A stretch of DNA of 64,000 bases from the human T2T-CHM13v2.0 reference genome, Homo sapiens. Both the position numbers and the translations under genes were made by a program. The notes under the pieces were generated by a model that did no database searches, was not told where the DNA came from, and worked only from the letters and a program-made list of their open reading frames with translations. Below are positions 43,037-56,600 of this stretch, piece after piece (positions within the stretch are counted from its first letter, which is position 1; each line of letters opens with the position of its first letter). Location: assembly GCF_009914755.1 (NCBI RefSeq), contig NC_060938.1. One strand, written 5' to 3'.

Positions 43037-43164
43037 TAGCTTCCTGATGACAAAAGATCCAGGAACCCCTGTTCAGAGCCTGCTGTACAAACCAGGAGGC
43101 TGTGCAGCACGTGCTCTAACCCGAGGCACCATATCCTGGCCTCCCTCCAGGCCCGCAGCACATA

Positions 43165-43320
43165 GCATGGTCCTAGCCCCGAGCATCGGCTTGACCTGGG
43201 AGCTGATGAGAAATGCAGACTCCCAAGCTGTGCCCCAGACCCACTGAATCAGAATCTGCATTTTCACAAGACCCCCAGGTGATTCCTGTTCTCACTAAAA
43301 TTTGAGTCGCACTGCCCTAG
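43165..43320. mobile_element. MER5A-like
   Basis: acctgggagctgatgagaaatgcagactccc...gaatcagaatctgcattttcacaagacccccaggtgattc. Confidence 0.75.
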
Positions 43321-44391
43321 AAGTCCTCAAAGGCTCACACAGCTGCCGGCAGCCCCGTTTGTGCAGAGCGGGAAGTCCACCAAACCTGAGACCCGCTCAT
43401 CCCCTCCTCTGCAAACTCAGGCACCTTCCTACTCTCCTGACCTGCCGGAGTGCCTGCCTCTTCACCAGGTGCAACTAACTGGGCCACAACAGTTGCTGCA
43501 TGTTCCCGCATCTTACCGGACACTGACAGACCAGAAGTCCAGGTTCCCAGAGACGCCACTCCTAACAGGACTAAGCTAAGAGATTTTGAAGTCACTCAGA
43601 AAAGTGCCTGGGGCAGGCTGGGAGGAGGAGTGTAAGGGGCCAACAGATGACAGCAACAAGCAGGGGAGGAGGAGGTGACCTAGCTATGCAACATGGGCGG
43701 GCTGGCAGTCGAACAGAGATGGGCCACCTGTGTGGGTGCCGATCTGAGTTGCCTGCCGTATGTGCCAGCTACCAAAGCAATGTTGTGGTTCTAGGCATGT
43801 GCGTTTCAGGTTTGTTCATTCCAAAAACATGTGTATGTGTGCCAGGTTAGGACAGTGGTGTGGAAGTATGGCTCAGTGGCCGGGTTAGGGCAGATTCCAG
43901 CCAGTACGAGTCTTACTTACAAAAGTTTGCTTTCTTAATTATATGCCTCTCCAGTTACTAACTTCCTGATTGTGTGGCTAGCTGGATACTGGACAGCTGG
44001 ACAGGAAGGGGAAGGACGAGGACATGGGCCCCAGCCTCTGATGTGCTTCTAGCCTGGTTGGGGAAAGAGAGCTCACCCTTCAGAAACTACCAGAGCATAC
44101 AATCCGATATCCTGTGATTCCCAGGCAGGGTCGTGGGTGCTGTTGCCTGGGTCCCAAATATGCTTCAAGGCTTGGTAAAAAGGATGCTGTACCAGGGGAC
44201 CTTGGGCCGCCTGCAAACTGTGCCCTTGGGCACATCCCAAGCCTCAGTTTCATCTTCTGTCACGTGAGGTTATGCCCCACTCCGGCCTCCAGCCCAGGGT
44301 AGCTGGGAACATGAAGTGAGGCGCAGTGGCCGGGAGTCCTCATAGAACATCAGCTGACAAGCCTGGCAGGAGAGATCATGAAGGGCCCGCA

Positions 44392-45077
44392 TGCATCTGC
44401 TAGGCTTCGTTCCCACAAACGGGGTGCCGTAAACAACGGAAGTGTATTGTCTTGTGGTTCCGGAGGCCAGAAGCCTGAAGGAGAGTCTGTCCCAGGCCCC
44501 TCTTGCCTCTCTGCCCTTGGCTGTCTTCATCTTTGCCCAGGTTCTCCCTGCATGTCCAGTTTTCTCCTTTTTATAAGGATTCTTGTGTCCTGAAAGAACC
44601 TCCTTAAAAACAACTAAAACCAAGAACTTCTGGGGCTGTTCACACATTGTTCGAGTCACCCCAAGATCGTTCTGGCATGCTGAGCTGAACACCACCATCT
44701 TTGTTCCTTCTCTCTCTAATGGGCAAAGCAGGATCATCGAGTTGAAAAGTTGTAAATAATGAGTATATTTATCCCGCTATTTATTTTTTCAATAACTGTG
44801 ACCTCCTGCACTGTGAATGCTCTGTGACATGAGATTCTTAGTTTAATAAAACTGTCATTAAATTTGAATGAATTGATATTATTGGTTACTGAACACTGGC
44901 ATGAGTTTATTTTTATTGTGAAGAAAAAATCCAGTCATATTGGATTAAGACCCTAACGACCTCATTTTAACCTGTTACTTCTATAAAGACCCTATCTCCA
45001 AATAAAGCCACATTCTTAGGTACTGAGGGTTAGAACTTCAACATATGAATTTGGAGGGTCACAGTCAACCCATAATA
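44392..45077 (-). mobile_element. MLT1B/C-like LTR interrupted by the 3'UTR-derived insert
   Basis: ggaggccagaagcctgaa...ttataagga | ccagtcatattggatta...gggttagaacttcaacatatgaattt. Confidence 0.85.
44576..44931 (+). repeat. Intronic copy of SLC24A4 distal 3' UTR (source 54625-54981)
   Basis: Base-by-base match with 5 substitutions and 1 indel; interrupts an MLT1 LTR. Confidence 0.97.
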
Positions 45078-45257
45078 GTCCCCTTTAGGCTTCAGGAAGG
45101 GCATGGATCTGAGGCCTTATGAAAAGGTTTAGAAATGTAAGGTCCTTGCAGAAGGAATTGCTTTCCAAGGAATGGCACTGATAGAACAGTTAGGAGAAAG
45201 AATACAGGCTTCTGGTGACCTGCTCTTATAAAATAAATGTGTTGTTGTCCCCTGCAG

Positions 45258-45370
45258 GCCTTGGGGACATGGCAGTCTCCAACACCATAGGAAGCAACGT
45301 GTTTGACATCCTGGTAGGACTTGGTGTACCGTGGGGCCTGCAGACCATGGTTGTTAATTATGGATCAACA
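45258..45370 (+). CDS. SLC24A4: SLC24A4 coding exon 15 (113 nt; GLGDMAVSNTIGSNVFDILVGLGVPWGLQTMVVNYGST)
   Basis: ctgcag|GC acceptor, ACA|gtaagt donor; GSNVFD motif of NCKX; translated by hand because it is absent from the ORF track. Confidence 0.96.
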
Positions 45371-45767
45371 GTAAGTTCCTCTCACCTTTAACAGATGTGT
45401 TTTACCCAGAAGGCTAGTGGTGTTGGCCCAGTTCCAGCCAGAGGCTCTAGGAGACGACCTCCTCCTCTCCTTGGCACTCAGACACCCATTTTCCATGGCG
45501 GCTTCTAGAGCACCTTAGGGATGTCTACACTTCCACTCCTCACCTCAGCCCGCTGGCGTGCCTCTCCCCATCCCAGGCTGTCTCCTCAGATGAGCAGGGT
45601 CGTGACTTGAATCCGTATTTTCCTGACCCTCCACGACCATGTGGTCACCTGTAAACACCTGTGTTTTCCTGATGAGGGAATGCATTGGGCCCAGGCATGC
45701 TGGGATTTCTGGATGGATTGGCTCTGAGCAGTCAAGAGACTCAGGGCACGTGTGTTTGATTTTCCAG

Positions 45768-45833
45768 GTGAAGATCAACAGCCGGGGGCTGGTCTATTCC
45801 GTGGTCCTGTTGCTGGGCTCTGTCGCTCTCACC
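45768..45833 (+). CDS. SLC24A4: SLC24A4 coding exon 16 (66 nt; VKINSRGLVYSVVLLLGSVALT)
   Basis: ttccag|G acceptor, ACC|gtgagt donor. Confidence 0.95.
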
Positions 45834-46549
45834 GTGAGTCTTTACAATTCCAAAACAGATGCCTCATGCATACTTGATTTCATCTGATTCCGCCTCGTCA
45901 CTTACGTGACTCTGTACACCCCTGTCACTTCCCTTGGTAGTGAAGGATAAAGGCAAGAAAATGTAGACGTTCATAGACACACCCAAGTCCAGTCTTTGCC
46001 AAGAGCATTGGCACTCTCGCTGTGCTTTTGCTGAGTACATAAGAAGTCCCCAGAGGAAGCGAATTGCATTTCCTTTCTTGCTGCCTGGTCCAGTTCCTCT
46101 CTAGTGCCAGTAGGAGAGAGATCCTCCCCTGCGCATCTGAGCTGACAAATGGGAGGCATGACATCCCTCAGGATGGCACGTCGGAATAATTGAGGCCTCC
46201 CTACCCTACATGTCCAGGTCTGTGCTGAGCACTTGACTTCAGCGTCACTTTATTCTATCCTTACAACCACCTGATGAGGGAGGTGCTATCATTCCCATTG
46301 CAGAAGAAATCGGGGCTCAGGGGTTAACTTTCCCAAGGTCACAGAATTGGGCAATGGCAAAGCTAGGATTTGAACCCAGGTTGGTCTGTCCTTAGGGAAC
46401 TCTGACTTTTTACTCGCAGTGCTCCAGTGAGGTTCCTGGGATCCAGCCCCAGGAAGCCTTGATCAAGGGACAAGGAGGAAGGCAGTGGAAGGAAAGATAG
46501 AAGGATCAGGGAGGAATGTAAGATAATTCCGTGCTTTAACCCTCTACCC

Positions 46550-46552
<3 letters not shown>

Positions 46553-46610
<58 letters not shown>
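46553..46610. repeat. (CA)n microsatellite
   Basis: Perfect AC run. Confidence 0.97.
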
Positions 46611-46614
<4 letters not shown>

Positions 46615-46760
46615 AAAGATTTGCCCAGCCAGGGGTCCATAGGAGCCTTGGAAATTGTGCTAAGGAGACAAGGGAAAAGACCATGGTTCCACGCTCTGAA
46701 GCACAGGGGTCATCCAGCTAAAGCCCCCATTTGTCTCTAGAGAAGGCCTGGGCAAGGAGG

Positions 46761-46851
46761 ACCACATGCCTACGACCAGCCGGGAGGAAGTGACGTGCCT
46801 GCCTGGGGAGGGCCGGTCCCATGAGGGCGGCTGCTGTGTATCCCTGAGTCA
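46761..46851. promoter_or_regulatory. Candidate enhancer motif cluster in the last intron (RUNX, ETS-CRE, GC box, AP-1)
   Basis: ACCACA 46761, GGAAGTGACGT 46786-46796, GGGCGG 46825, TGAGTCA 46845-46851. Confidence 0.45.
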
Positions 46852-47068
46852 ATGCGGCTAGGACAGAGACTCGCCCTTTCATGGGGCAAGTCTAAGCCCT
46901 CTAGGGCTTATTCTGGTCAAACTGAGGATCAGACTGCAGCACCCCGCTACACTTGCCCACATTCTGCAGAATGTTCTAGGTTTCCCCACATAGGTGTCGC
47001 TTTCCAGTAGAAATGCCTCTTGTATTTCTTTGCCCTGCAAGCCCAGTTCCCACACTCTGTCCTCCCAG

Positions 47069-47221
47069 GTCCTCGGCATCCACCTAAACAAGTGGCGACT
47101 GGACCGGAAGCTGGGTGTCTACGTGCTGGTTCTCTACGCCATCTTCTTGTGCTTCTCCATAATGATAGAGTTTAACGTCTTTACCTTCGTCAACTTGCCG
47201 ATGTGCCGGGAAGACGATTAG
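47069..47221 (+). CDS. SLC24A4: SLC24A4 last coding exon 17 (VLGIHLNKWRLDRKLG...NLPMCREDD*)
   Basis: cccag|G acceptor; TAG stop ending at 47221; matches the NCKX4 C-terminus. Confidence 0.97.
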   Translation, partial: VLGIHLNKWRLDRKLGVYVLVLYAIFLCFSIMIEFNVFTFVNLPMCREDD

Positions 47222-50200
47222 CGCTGAGTCGCGGCCCCTGGGAGCTGATCTGGACACCCTGTGACACTGGCGTCCTCCTCTCCCCTCCTTCCCCCACCAC
47301 AGGTCTCTCCTGCATAGGCAGCCACTGTCCGTTCTTTCACACACTGGAAGGAAGAGCCATCGTGGTCTTTGTCTGGCCACAGGCCAGGCTGCTGGGCATC
47401 CTCCTCCTCCTTGGAGTTCCACCCCTGCAAGGCTGGATTTGGGGGCCATTATCTGAGCAGCTTCAAAGACCCCTGAGCTGCCAACCACGGAGATGTGCCA
47501 AGCATCTCATCTCTCCTGCACACTTTAGTCAGAAGGACTTCTGCATGCAGTTTGTCTTTCTGTTCTGCAGGCAGCTTCAGAATTGAGGTCATTTGTGAGC
47601 ACAAGATCTCATAGGGCAGGTGCAAAATAGGAATGTTGTTCTCAAGTGTCACCTCCAGCCCAGAGGTGGTTCCTTAGGCAGCATGTGCTCCTGGGAGCCT
47701 CTGACTTTTGCTGGAAGCACCCACAGTTTGGAAGGGGCAAGACCTCAACCTGTTGGGGTTTAGGGCCCATGATGGCAGACATTCTACCCCTTTTCCTGGA
47801 AAAACTGGAAGAATGAAAATAATTTTTTTCTGTGGAAGAGAGAAAATGAGTGAATATTCTTCTCACTTTTATTGATGCATTCAGAGAATAAGCAATGAAA
47901 TATTAAAAAATGAAACATCATATAGGTCATCATACTTGAAAATTATCATTCCATATGAAAGGATCATGATACACACCAAAAAAGTAATGATCGTAAAGAC
48001 ACAAATCCTCTGTATGCCATCTTGCATTGGCACTGAGGTGTTTGGTTTGGAATAGGGAAAAAGGTAAGAGACTAACGTGGAAAGGTGCTAACTCAGAGAC
48101 TGGAGATTATAGTTTACAGCTGTACTTTCCAGATCTTCTATGTGACACAATGCACTGTCCTTGTGGGTTTGTCATTTATTGGTTAATGCTCTAGTTTCAA
48201 AACCACCCTGTTGAAAGTTCCAGTTATTTATATGCCCAACAAATTTCATAGCCTGCTGAACTGAACTGAGTGTGTCAGAAGTGCTGGTTAATGACGAGAA
48301 GAGATTGCCTGAAAAACAACAAACTGCTTTCTGGTTAGCTGAAGGCAAGTGTGAAAATCAGAATTTAGAATATTTAGAGCTAAGCTTCTGGAACCACGTA
48401 GTTTCTACACGTGGCAGGCCAAGAATGGGAGGCTGACTCAAAACTAGATAGAAAAATATAAAATAATCTTCGACCACTTGATAGCTCTCAAATATATATT
48501 TAAAAGATTTATGAATACAAACCATTTATGGTTTATGATTTCTAAAAAGAAAGCACAATTAATTTTATAGAGAGGTTTTTTATTTTTTTAATATTTCTAT
48601 TGCAAAAGTCTATCCGATTTGATGCACTTTGAATATTGAGATATTTTGCACGGATGAATGTATGGGAACTACCCATGATGATGTAAGAGGAAAGAACATT
48701 TTTTTGTGATTCACCAGACATCACTTTAAACTTGGTGATGAGTTTAAATCCAGTAGCTAATCCCTTCCTGAGACTCAAAGATCGTGACGCTGGTTGGAAT
48801 TTCTGACTGTGCCCTTTAGGGCCTCCTGAGTTTCAAAAGGAGGAAGTGTTCGTGCTTGTGTCCCTGAAGTTCCCTGTTGCATGAGCCTGCGACAGGACCT
48901 CACCCCCACCACCAGGCTTCTATTTGGGATTCACATCAGTATTAGTATCGTAGCTACACCAAGTTCAGGCTTCTCTTTTTGTTTTTTTACCTAGAAATTG
49001 GGCTCAGTGGTCTTCAACTTGAGGACGAGGGTGATTTTCCTAAGAAATCAGCAAAGAGGGAAGGCAGGGCCCCTGTAGATTCACCAGTATAAACTTCAGC
49101 TGCAGGGATTCCAGAGCCCTCGGGACCACTCTGTCACCTTAATAGCCAAGTTCTCCTGGTTCCTCCGATCTTACAGGCTCATCCAGGTTCCAAAGTGCTT
49201 CTGTCTCTGTTTTGATTCTCCAAACTGCTCTGTGATGTATGTAGGGATTATTCTCCCCACTTAACAGAAAGTAGTGTCTTGGAGAGGTCAAGGGTCTCTA
49301 GTTCAATGGCCAGTCATAGCAGAAGGGAGGCCAAGCACCAGTCCATCACCCCTCCCAGGCCAGCCTCTGTAAGTTGGCCACACTTGGGGAGTGAGTGTGG
49401 GTATGACTTTACCCTCCTGGTTGGTTCTTACTGTTTGAGTCAAAACCTCATCAATATATCATTGACTCCTGGGTTCCTCAGGTCATTTCCTAATATCTGT
49501 CCCTATCCAATGCCTCTATTTTATCTTGAAAAAAGGACCAAAAATTATTTTTAGCTATGGCAAGGCACAGGCCACATGGCCCCTGATGGCGTCCCTGCTG
49601 GTTTTCAATTCTCTGAAGCCTTGTGTAGCTTTCAGAGCACACGTATCCTAATTACCCTCCTCTTCCTCAGCAGAACCCATTTGAGATTCTAAATGAATAC
49701 TCTTAGTCTCTAAAGTTGCAGTTAGAAACTAAAATAATGTTTTTTAATATGTAATATGCTCCTCTTGGCTAATTTTCTTTTGACTTTAATGTGCCAATGT
49801 AACTTCCTTTAAAGGATCTATGCATTTATTAAATCTGGAAAACTATATGTACACTGTAGGTGGAAAATTCTCTTTTTTAACTAAATATTTTTCCATCACA
49901 AGTTTAAAGAATTGCATGATTAATTAGGCTTTCATTTTTAAATTACGCTTTCATCACTACGCAGGATTACTTTATTTTATTCCCAAAGCTCATTAGCATG
50001 GGATAATTACTCTGCTACAGAAATAGGCAATTTAAAAAAATGAATTTAGCTCTTCTCATTGGGGGCAGAAAAGAAAAAAAAAACCATTGCACTCAGATGG
50101 AAAATGCCTATAGACACAGGAGCAGGTGGTTCCTGTGGACTTCTGGTTTGGAATTTTGCCTCACCAGGTCAAGCGTGGTTAGGGTGGAAGGTGTCCAGTA

Positions 50201-50397
50201 TCTTGAAAACCTGGCCCTGGAGGAAGGTTCTGGGTCAGCTGCAATGAGAGACTGGTGATTAAGGGCACCGTGGGCAGGACACAGTCCTCGCCTTACCCAC
50301 CCCATCCTTCCTGTTACCCACAGTCTGCTGGCCTCCATGCCTCTTCCCCTTGTCACTTGTGTCTCCTCCTTATGCACAGAGCTGCCTGCCTTTATGA

Positions 50398-50775
<378 letters not shown>

Positions 50776-52093
50776 TAACAGACCTAAGCAGCTGATAATG
50801 CACCAAGCTTCCCTGACCAGGTGGGGTGTGTCTATCACCCAAGGGCAGTCCTACAGACCCTGACCAAAGGCCGTTCCTGGGCGGCCCAAGGTCCAGGTTT
50901 CTTCCACCTGCTCTTCCCTGTTTATGGGGATTTGCAAGCCTAATTGCATCAGCAGGAGCCCATCTCTCAGAGAACCCGGACTCCCCAAGCAGACTGGGAT
51001 TTTGGGAAGGGTGTGGGGGGTGTCATTGCTGGATACCCGTCTTTCTGCCTGTCCTTTCTCCTCTCTGAATCCTGGGGCCCCTCTCCCTCCTTAAAGCTGG
51101 AGTGGACAGAGGGACAGGAGAGGATCAGAGTTCATCCCCCCTGGGAAAGAGCAAGAGCGAATGAATCCCAGCGCCAGCGGCTGAGGCTGCCTTCCGTGCC
51201 TTCCCTCCATGGGCGACGGGTGAGTGGGGCTTAGGAAACTGGAACAGGGAAGGTTCTGTTGCCACACTTTGGAACTTTCCCCCTGGGATTCAGCAGTTGA
51301 GAAGCAGAGACCTTTCTGCCCTGGGTGAATGGGTCCTTGGGGGAGGGGTTGGTCTTTTGTCTCGCATCCCCATCTTTCCTTTCCTTCTGGGCCATGCTCC
51401 TCCCTGGCTGGAAAAAGGTGGCTGTGCTGTCCCTGTGATCCACTCTCAGCAAATGCGTGTGGCTCAAATAAACAAAGAACTTACCTGTTAGAGTGAAAAT
51501 CCTCAGGAGATTGTACCCAAATGCCATGCTCTAAATATTCATGGTCTCTCTAATGCCCTCAAGACGTGATTTCCATGGGAACCATCCTCCCCTGGGGGCA
51601 GTTAGCAGGAGTACGTGGGGCACGTGAGGTGGTCCTCCTTTCAGCACACCGTGCCCATAGAAACTTCTAGAAATTTCTGAAAATGCTCTGTGGGCAGCTC
51701 TTGGGTGGCAGTAAGTCCATCAACCCCCATCTACCCCGGGCCTGAAGCGCTGCGCTTGCTCTCTTTATGTGTGTGCACCCGAAGGATTTCCTGGTCTCTG
51801 TAGCTGATCCTGTGAGCCCCTCAAGCATGAAGCCTCCCTTGGGGCTTCTCAAAGCATGGAGAGGGGCCCTTCCTGTCCTTTGGGAAAATCTTCCCCACTG
51901 TGTCAGTTATATGGGAACAAGAGTGATGGGGTCTTTCTCTAGGCCTGTGCCACAGGACAGAGAACACGGGATTCTGCTGTTCGCTTTGAGCCACAGCCTT
52001 TACCAGCCCGGCTTGTGTGGGGGGCCCCTTCGCCTTGCTGCAAAGAGCTGTTCCCCAAAGGGCATATCCACAGGGTACAGGTTTTAAAAAGGC

Positions 52094-52390
52094 TTTTTTT
52101 TTTTTTTTTGAGACAGGGTCTCGCTCTGTCGCCTAGACTCAGTGCAGTGGCGCCATGTTGGCTGGTTGCAACCTCCACCTCCTGGGTTCAAGTGATTCTC
52201 CCACCTCAGCCTCTCTGGTAGCTGGGACTACAGGCACGCGCCACCATGCCCAGCTAATTTTTGGATTTTTAGTAGAGAAGGAGTTTCACCATGCTGACCA
52301 GGCTGGTTTCGAACTCCTGACCTCAAGTGATCCGCCCGCCTGGGCCTCCCAGAGTGCTGAGATTACAGGCGTGAGCCACCGCACCTGGCC
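52094..52390 (-). mobile_element. AluS in 3' UTR
   Basis: Dimer; TSD aaaaaggc. Confidence 0.93.
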
Positions 52391-53115
52391 AAAAAAAGGC
52401 ATTTTGATTTAGGTTGCTGTGTTTGCTTGTTGATAAAGAAAACTCAATCGGGACACTAGTTTTGTGCTCAGCTTTAGGCCGGGTAGCTAATGGGAGGATG
52501 TCCAGCCTGTCACTGTGCTCCCAGCGCAAGGAAATGGGTGCCCACCTGGAATCAGGAGAAGAGGCTTTTCCCTCCTGTTCTGCAACCAGGGTGGAGCTAT
52601 CTTTCCAGGGAAGCCAGCTGAGAGGTTTTAGGGCTTTGGTTATTTTATGGGGGTTTTAAACCTCCTAACTTTTCAATGACAAATGGCTCCCAGGTGCCAT
52701 AGTCTCTGTTAAATCCTCAAACATTCACAAGCACACACTGCCAGGGGCACGGGTTGTCTTTCACCTGCATGTTTCTAAGGCTCTTTATTCAATCTCACGG
52801 TGTCAGTGTCCAGTTGTCAAAGTTATGAATCTTCCTCCTGCTTCTAAACAGGGCTGACAGTATACTCTCGTCTAGTCTAGGAACATGTCTGCTGCTGGGA
52901 TACCCTGGTACCAGGATTTGAGGGCCACGGGTGGCATCTCTGAGAGCTGAAAATCCACAGAGTGCCTGTGGGAAAGCCAAGCCCTTGGCTGTGTGGCTTT
53001 TCTATCCCTTGGATTTACAGGTCTGGGAATTGGCTGCTTCTTAGTTATAACCCCAGTGACAAATGCTGGCTTAAGCCACACCTGTTCCCACTGTTGCTAG
53101 AATTCAAACAGTTGC

Positions 53116-53737
<622 letters not shown>

Positions 53738-54893
53738 AAGCAGTTGCTTCTTATGCAACATGTTGGTTGGGACTTGTCCACGGGCCAGGCCAATAAAATT
53801 CTTAATCCTGCAGAGAGTCAGTACCCTCATCACCCCATCACTGGAAAACAAATGTTTTAAGCTATCAAGAGAGGGAATGTGCAGCTTTTGGTTTCTAGAT
53901 GCATGGTTTGGTGTGATCTACCTTTGTGCCTAAAGGGAATGTCCCAAACAACAGAGCCTTCTTTGCTGTCACTCCAGAATTCTCTACACAGAATTTCCCA
54001 AGTCCATTCAGGACAGACGCGCAGTCCTCTTTCAATGGAAGAAGAGAGGACTTTTCCCCTCCTGAAAAATGACTGGAGTGTGAACAAGGCAGCTCTGTTT
54101 TTCTAAATAAGTTGTTCTTGTGAGTTTTTTCTGGCCACTGGGCATCTCTGCCCTCACTTTTCATCCCTGCCCTCTAAGCTGCAGACCCCATGACCACACT
54201 GTCTGCTTCCTTGAGCTTCCCGCACGAGGCTTGCACCTGGGGGACCTGGAGACCCTGCGGACAGAACTGTGGCTGAGCCACTGTGGCCAACTCTTGGGGA
54301 GCTCCACAGTGGGGGTTGCTGGTCTGTGAGGCTGAGTCTCCATTTCAGAGCACACACTCCCTGGCAGGGCGCCTCCGCCTGTGTCTCCTGCCCAGCAGCC
54401 GCCAGCAGGGAATAGTTGCTGGTGTCTGAGCACAAAGAGAGCTTTGATTACCTAGAGAGGAAAAAGGCTGTCAGCCAGATGCAGCCAGGCCCAGGGGTAG
54501 ATACAGGAGTTGCTAAGGAAGGGGCCGAGCCAGGAGAGGCCAGGCAGATCCACAAAGCCCAAGGGGATGCAGGCTGGGTGTGGTTTCTGAGGGAACCTAC
54601 CAAATAGCAGGTAGATGGAATCAGAGGACTCTTGTGTCCTGAAAGAACCTCCTTAAAAACAACTAAAACCAAGAACTTCTGGGGCTGTTCACACATTGTT
54701 CAAGTCACCCCAAGATCGTTCTGGCACGCTGAGCTGAACACCACCATCTTTGTTCATTCTCTCTCTAATGGGCAAAGCAGGATCATCGAGTTGAAAAGTT
54801 GTAAATAATGAGGATATTTATCCCGCTATTTATTTTTTCAATAACTGTGACCTCCTGCACTGTGAATGCTCTGTGACATGAGATTCTTAGTTT

Positions 54894-54899
54894 AATAAA
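54894..54899 (+). terminator. Candidate alternative polyadenylation signal AATAAA
   Basis: Canonical hexamer in AU-rich context about 170 nt upstream of the distal PAS. Confidence 0.45.
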
Positions 54900-55061
54900 A
54901 CTGTCATTAAATTTGAATGAATTGATATTATTGGTTACTGAACACTGGCATGAGTTTATTTTTATTGTGAAGAAAAAAATCTACAGCAATCTAAACTAAA
55001 CCTTTCTAAGAAATCTAGCAGTCAGTATTGTAATGCAATATATCAAAATCTGTACACTGTC

Positions 55062-55072
55062 AATAAAATAAA
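55062..55072 (+). terminator. Distal polyadenylation signal (overlapping AATAAA x2)
   Basis: caataaaataaatg with upstream TGTA elements and downstream GT/T-rich gttgtctttc. Confidence 0.75.
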
Positions 55073-56431
55073 TGAGCACAAGTTGTCTTTCCCTAAATAG
55101 AGCTTCTATTCACGTTTTAATAGACACACACATATTTGTATTTTTGAAAGAATTCTATACACTGGAATAACAGCCATTTGAAGCCATTTCTATTTGCATA
55201 TTAAGAAAAAATAAACTTCAAAAAGGATAAGGGTCGCAGCTTTTTAATGACAATGGTCGGTAATAGATGGAAACAGAGCAGAATTCTCATCACTTTCCTT
55301 GGCTAGCATGAGTGGCTCCAGAATGACCCAGTCTTACCTCAGCAGCTTCCTAGGGTGGGACCTGTAGGTGGCCCCACATTGGAAGGACCCAGCTTGGTTG
55401 TCGCCACCTTAGAAACCCTCAAAGATTTTTTTAAAAGGAGCCCCCACCTTTTCCTTTTGCAGTGGGCTCTGCAAATTACATAGCTGGTCCTGCTCATCAG
55501 AAAGAAGGTCTGTGTCACTAGCTCTTACGTCATGGGAAATTGAGGTTCGGGAGTAGAGGTTTTGGTTAATTCCTTCATTCTGCAAAACATTCCTGAGTCT
55601 TAGCTGCCATGGGTGTCACCACAAACTTTAACATGCACACGAATCAGTTGGGCATCTTGTCAAAAAAGCAGATTCTGGTTTAGCAGAAATGGGATGAGGC
55701 CCAAGAGGCTAGAGTTCTAGCAAGTTCCCAGGTGATGTCCATGCCACCTGTTGACATTGAGCAGTGAGAAGATAGATCAACCCTACTCACACCCAAGCCT
55801 GCTCACAGACGGGGCTTCTTATCGGTCTGCAGCAAGATGAGTACAGAAATCAAGAGAGAATATGAACATTGATGGAAATGTGATGAGTAATTCTGTTGGA
55901 ATCTGGTTTTTTATTGCATCTTTCCAGTAATTTCTTTATATTGCATTACAAAAATATCAGTCCACAATGGATTAAAATTGTTTTAAAATATTGTTTGAAT
56001 CTTGCCCACAGATATTTCAAGAAGTTCTACTTTAGATGGGCTAGAAACACCTTTCATTTTAACTCATTCCAGTTCATCTACGAGATAGGAAGTCAATTAC
56101 GAAGTAGGAAGGACCCTGTCTTGGTCATTTTAGTGTGTGGGCTTTGTGGATTCTGCAGGCCTTGTACTCAAGGCTCTGGGCATCCCAGTGTCCCTCATGC
56201 TATCTGGCACTTAATCGCTTACAAAGCCAATGAAACAGAATGGGTGTCCTCCCCCCTTTACAAAGGGGTCTCTAGGCTAGTGACTGTGAGAACCAGCCTG
56301 AGAAGCCACGGCCTCTTCCATTGCCCAGGGCTGCCCGGAACAGACGAGGGAGCAGCGGTTCGGCTGAATCTGATCTGCCTGGGAGCTCGTCCCCTCAGCT
56401 GCCTTCACAGCCACAGCTGTCTCTATCAGCT

Positions 56432-56600
56432 TGGTTTCTTTGCTTTTTGTTTTGGATTTTCTGTTTGTTTGCTTGTTTGTTTCAGAGACAGGGTCTTGCT
56501 GTGTTGCCCAGGCTAGACTTGAACTCCTGGGCTCAAGGGATCCTCCTGTCTCAGCCTCCCAAGGACCTAGGATGACAGGCCTGGGCTACCACACCAGGCT
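56432..56600 (-). mobile_element. Alu monomer (FLAM-like)
   Basis: agagacagggtcttgctgtgttgcccaggctagacttgaactcctgggctcaag. Confidence 0.75.

Noticed and set aside
44576-44931. Processed pseudogene / L1 retrocopy of the SLC24A4 mRNA 3' end
   Set aside because: No TSD, no untemplated poly(A), and the match ends internally at a genomic A-run followed by templated TC rather than at a cleavage site
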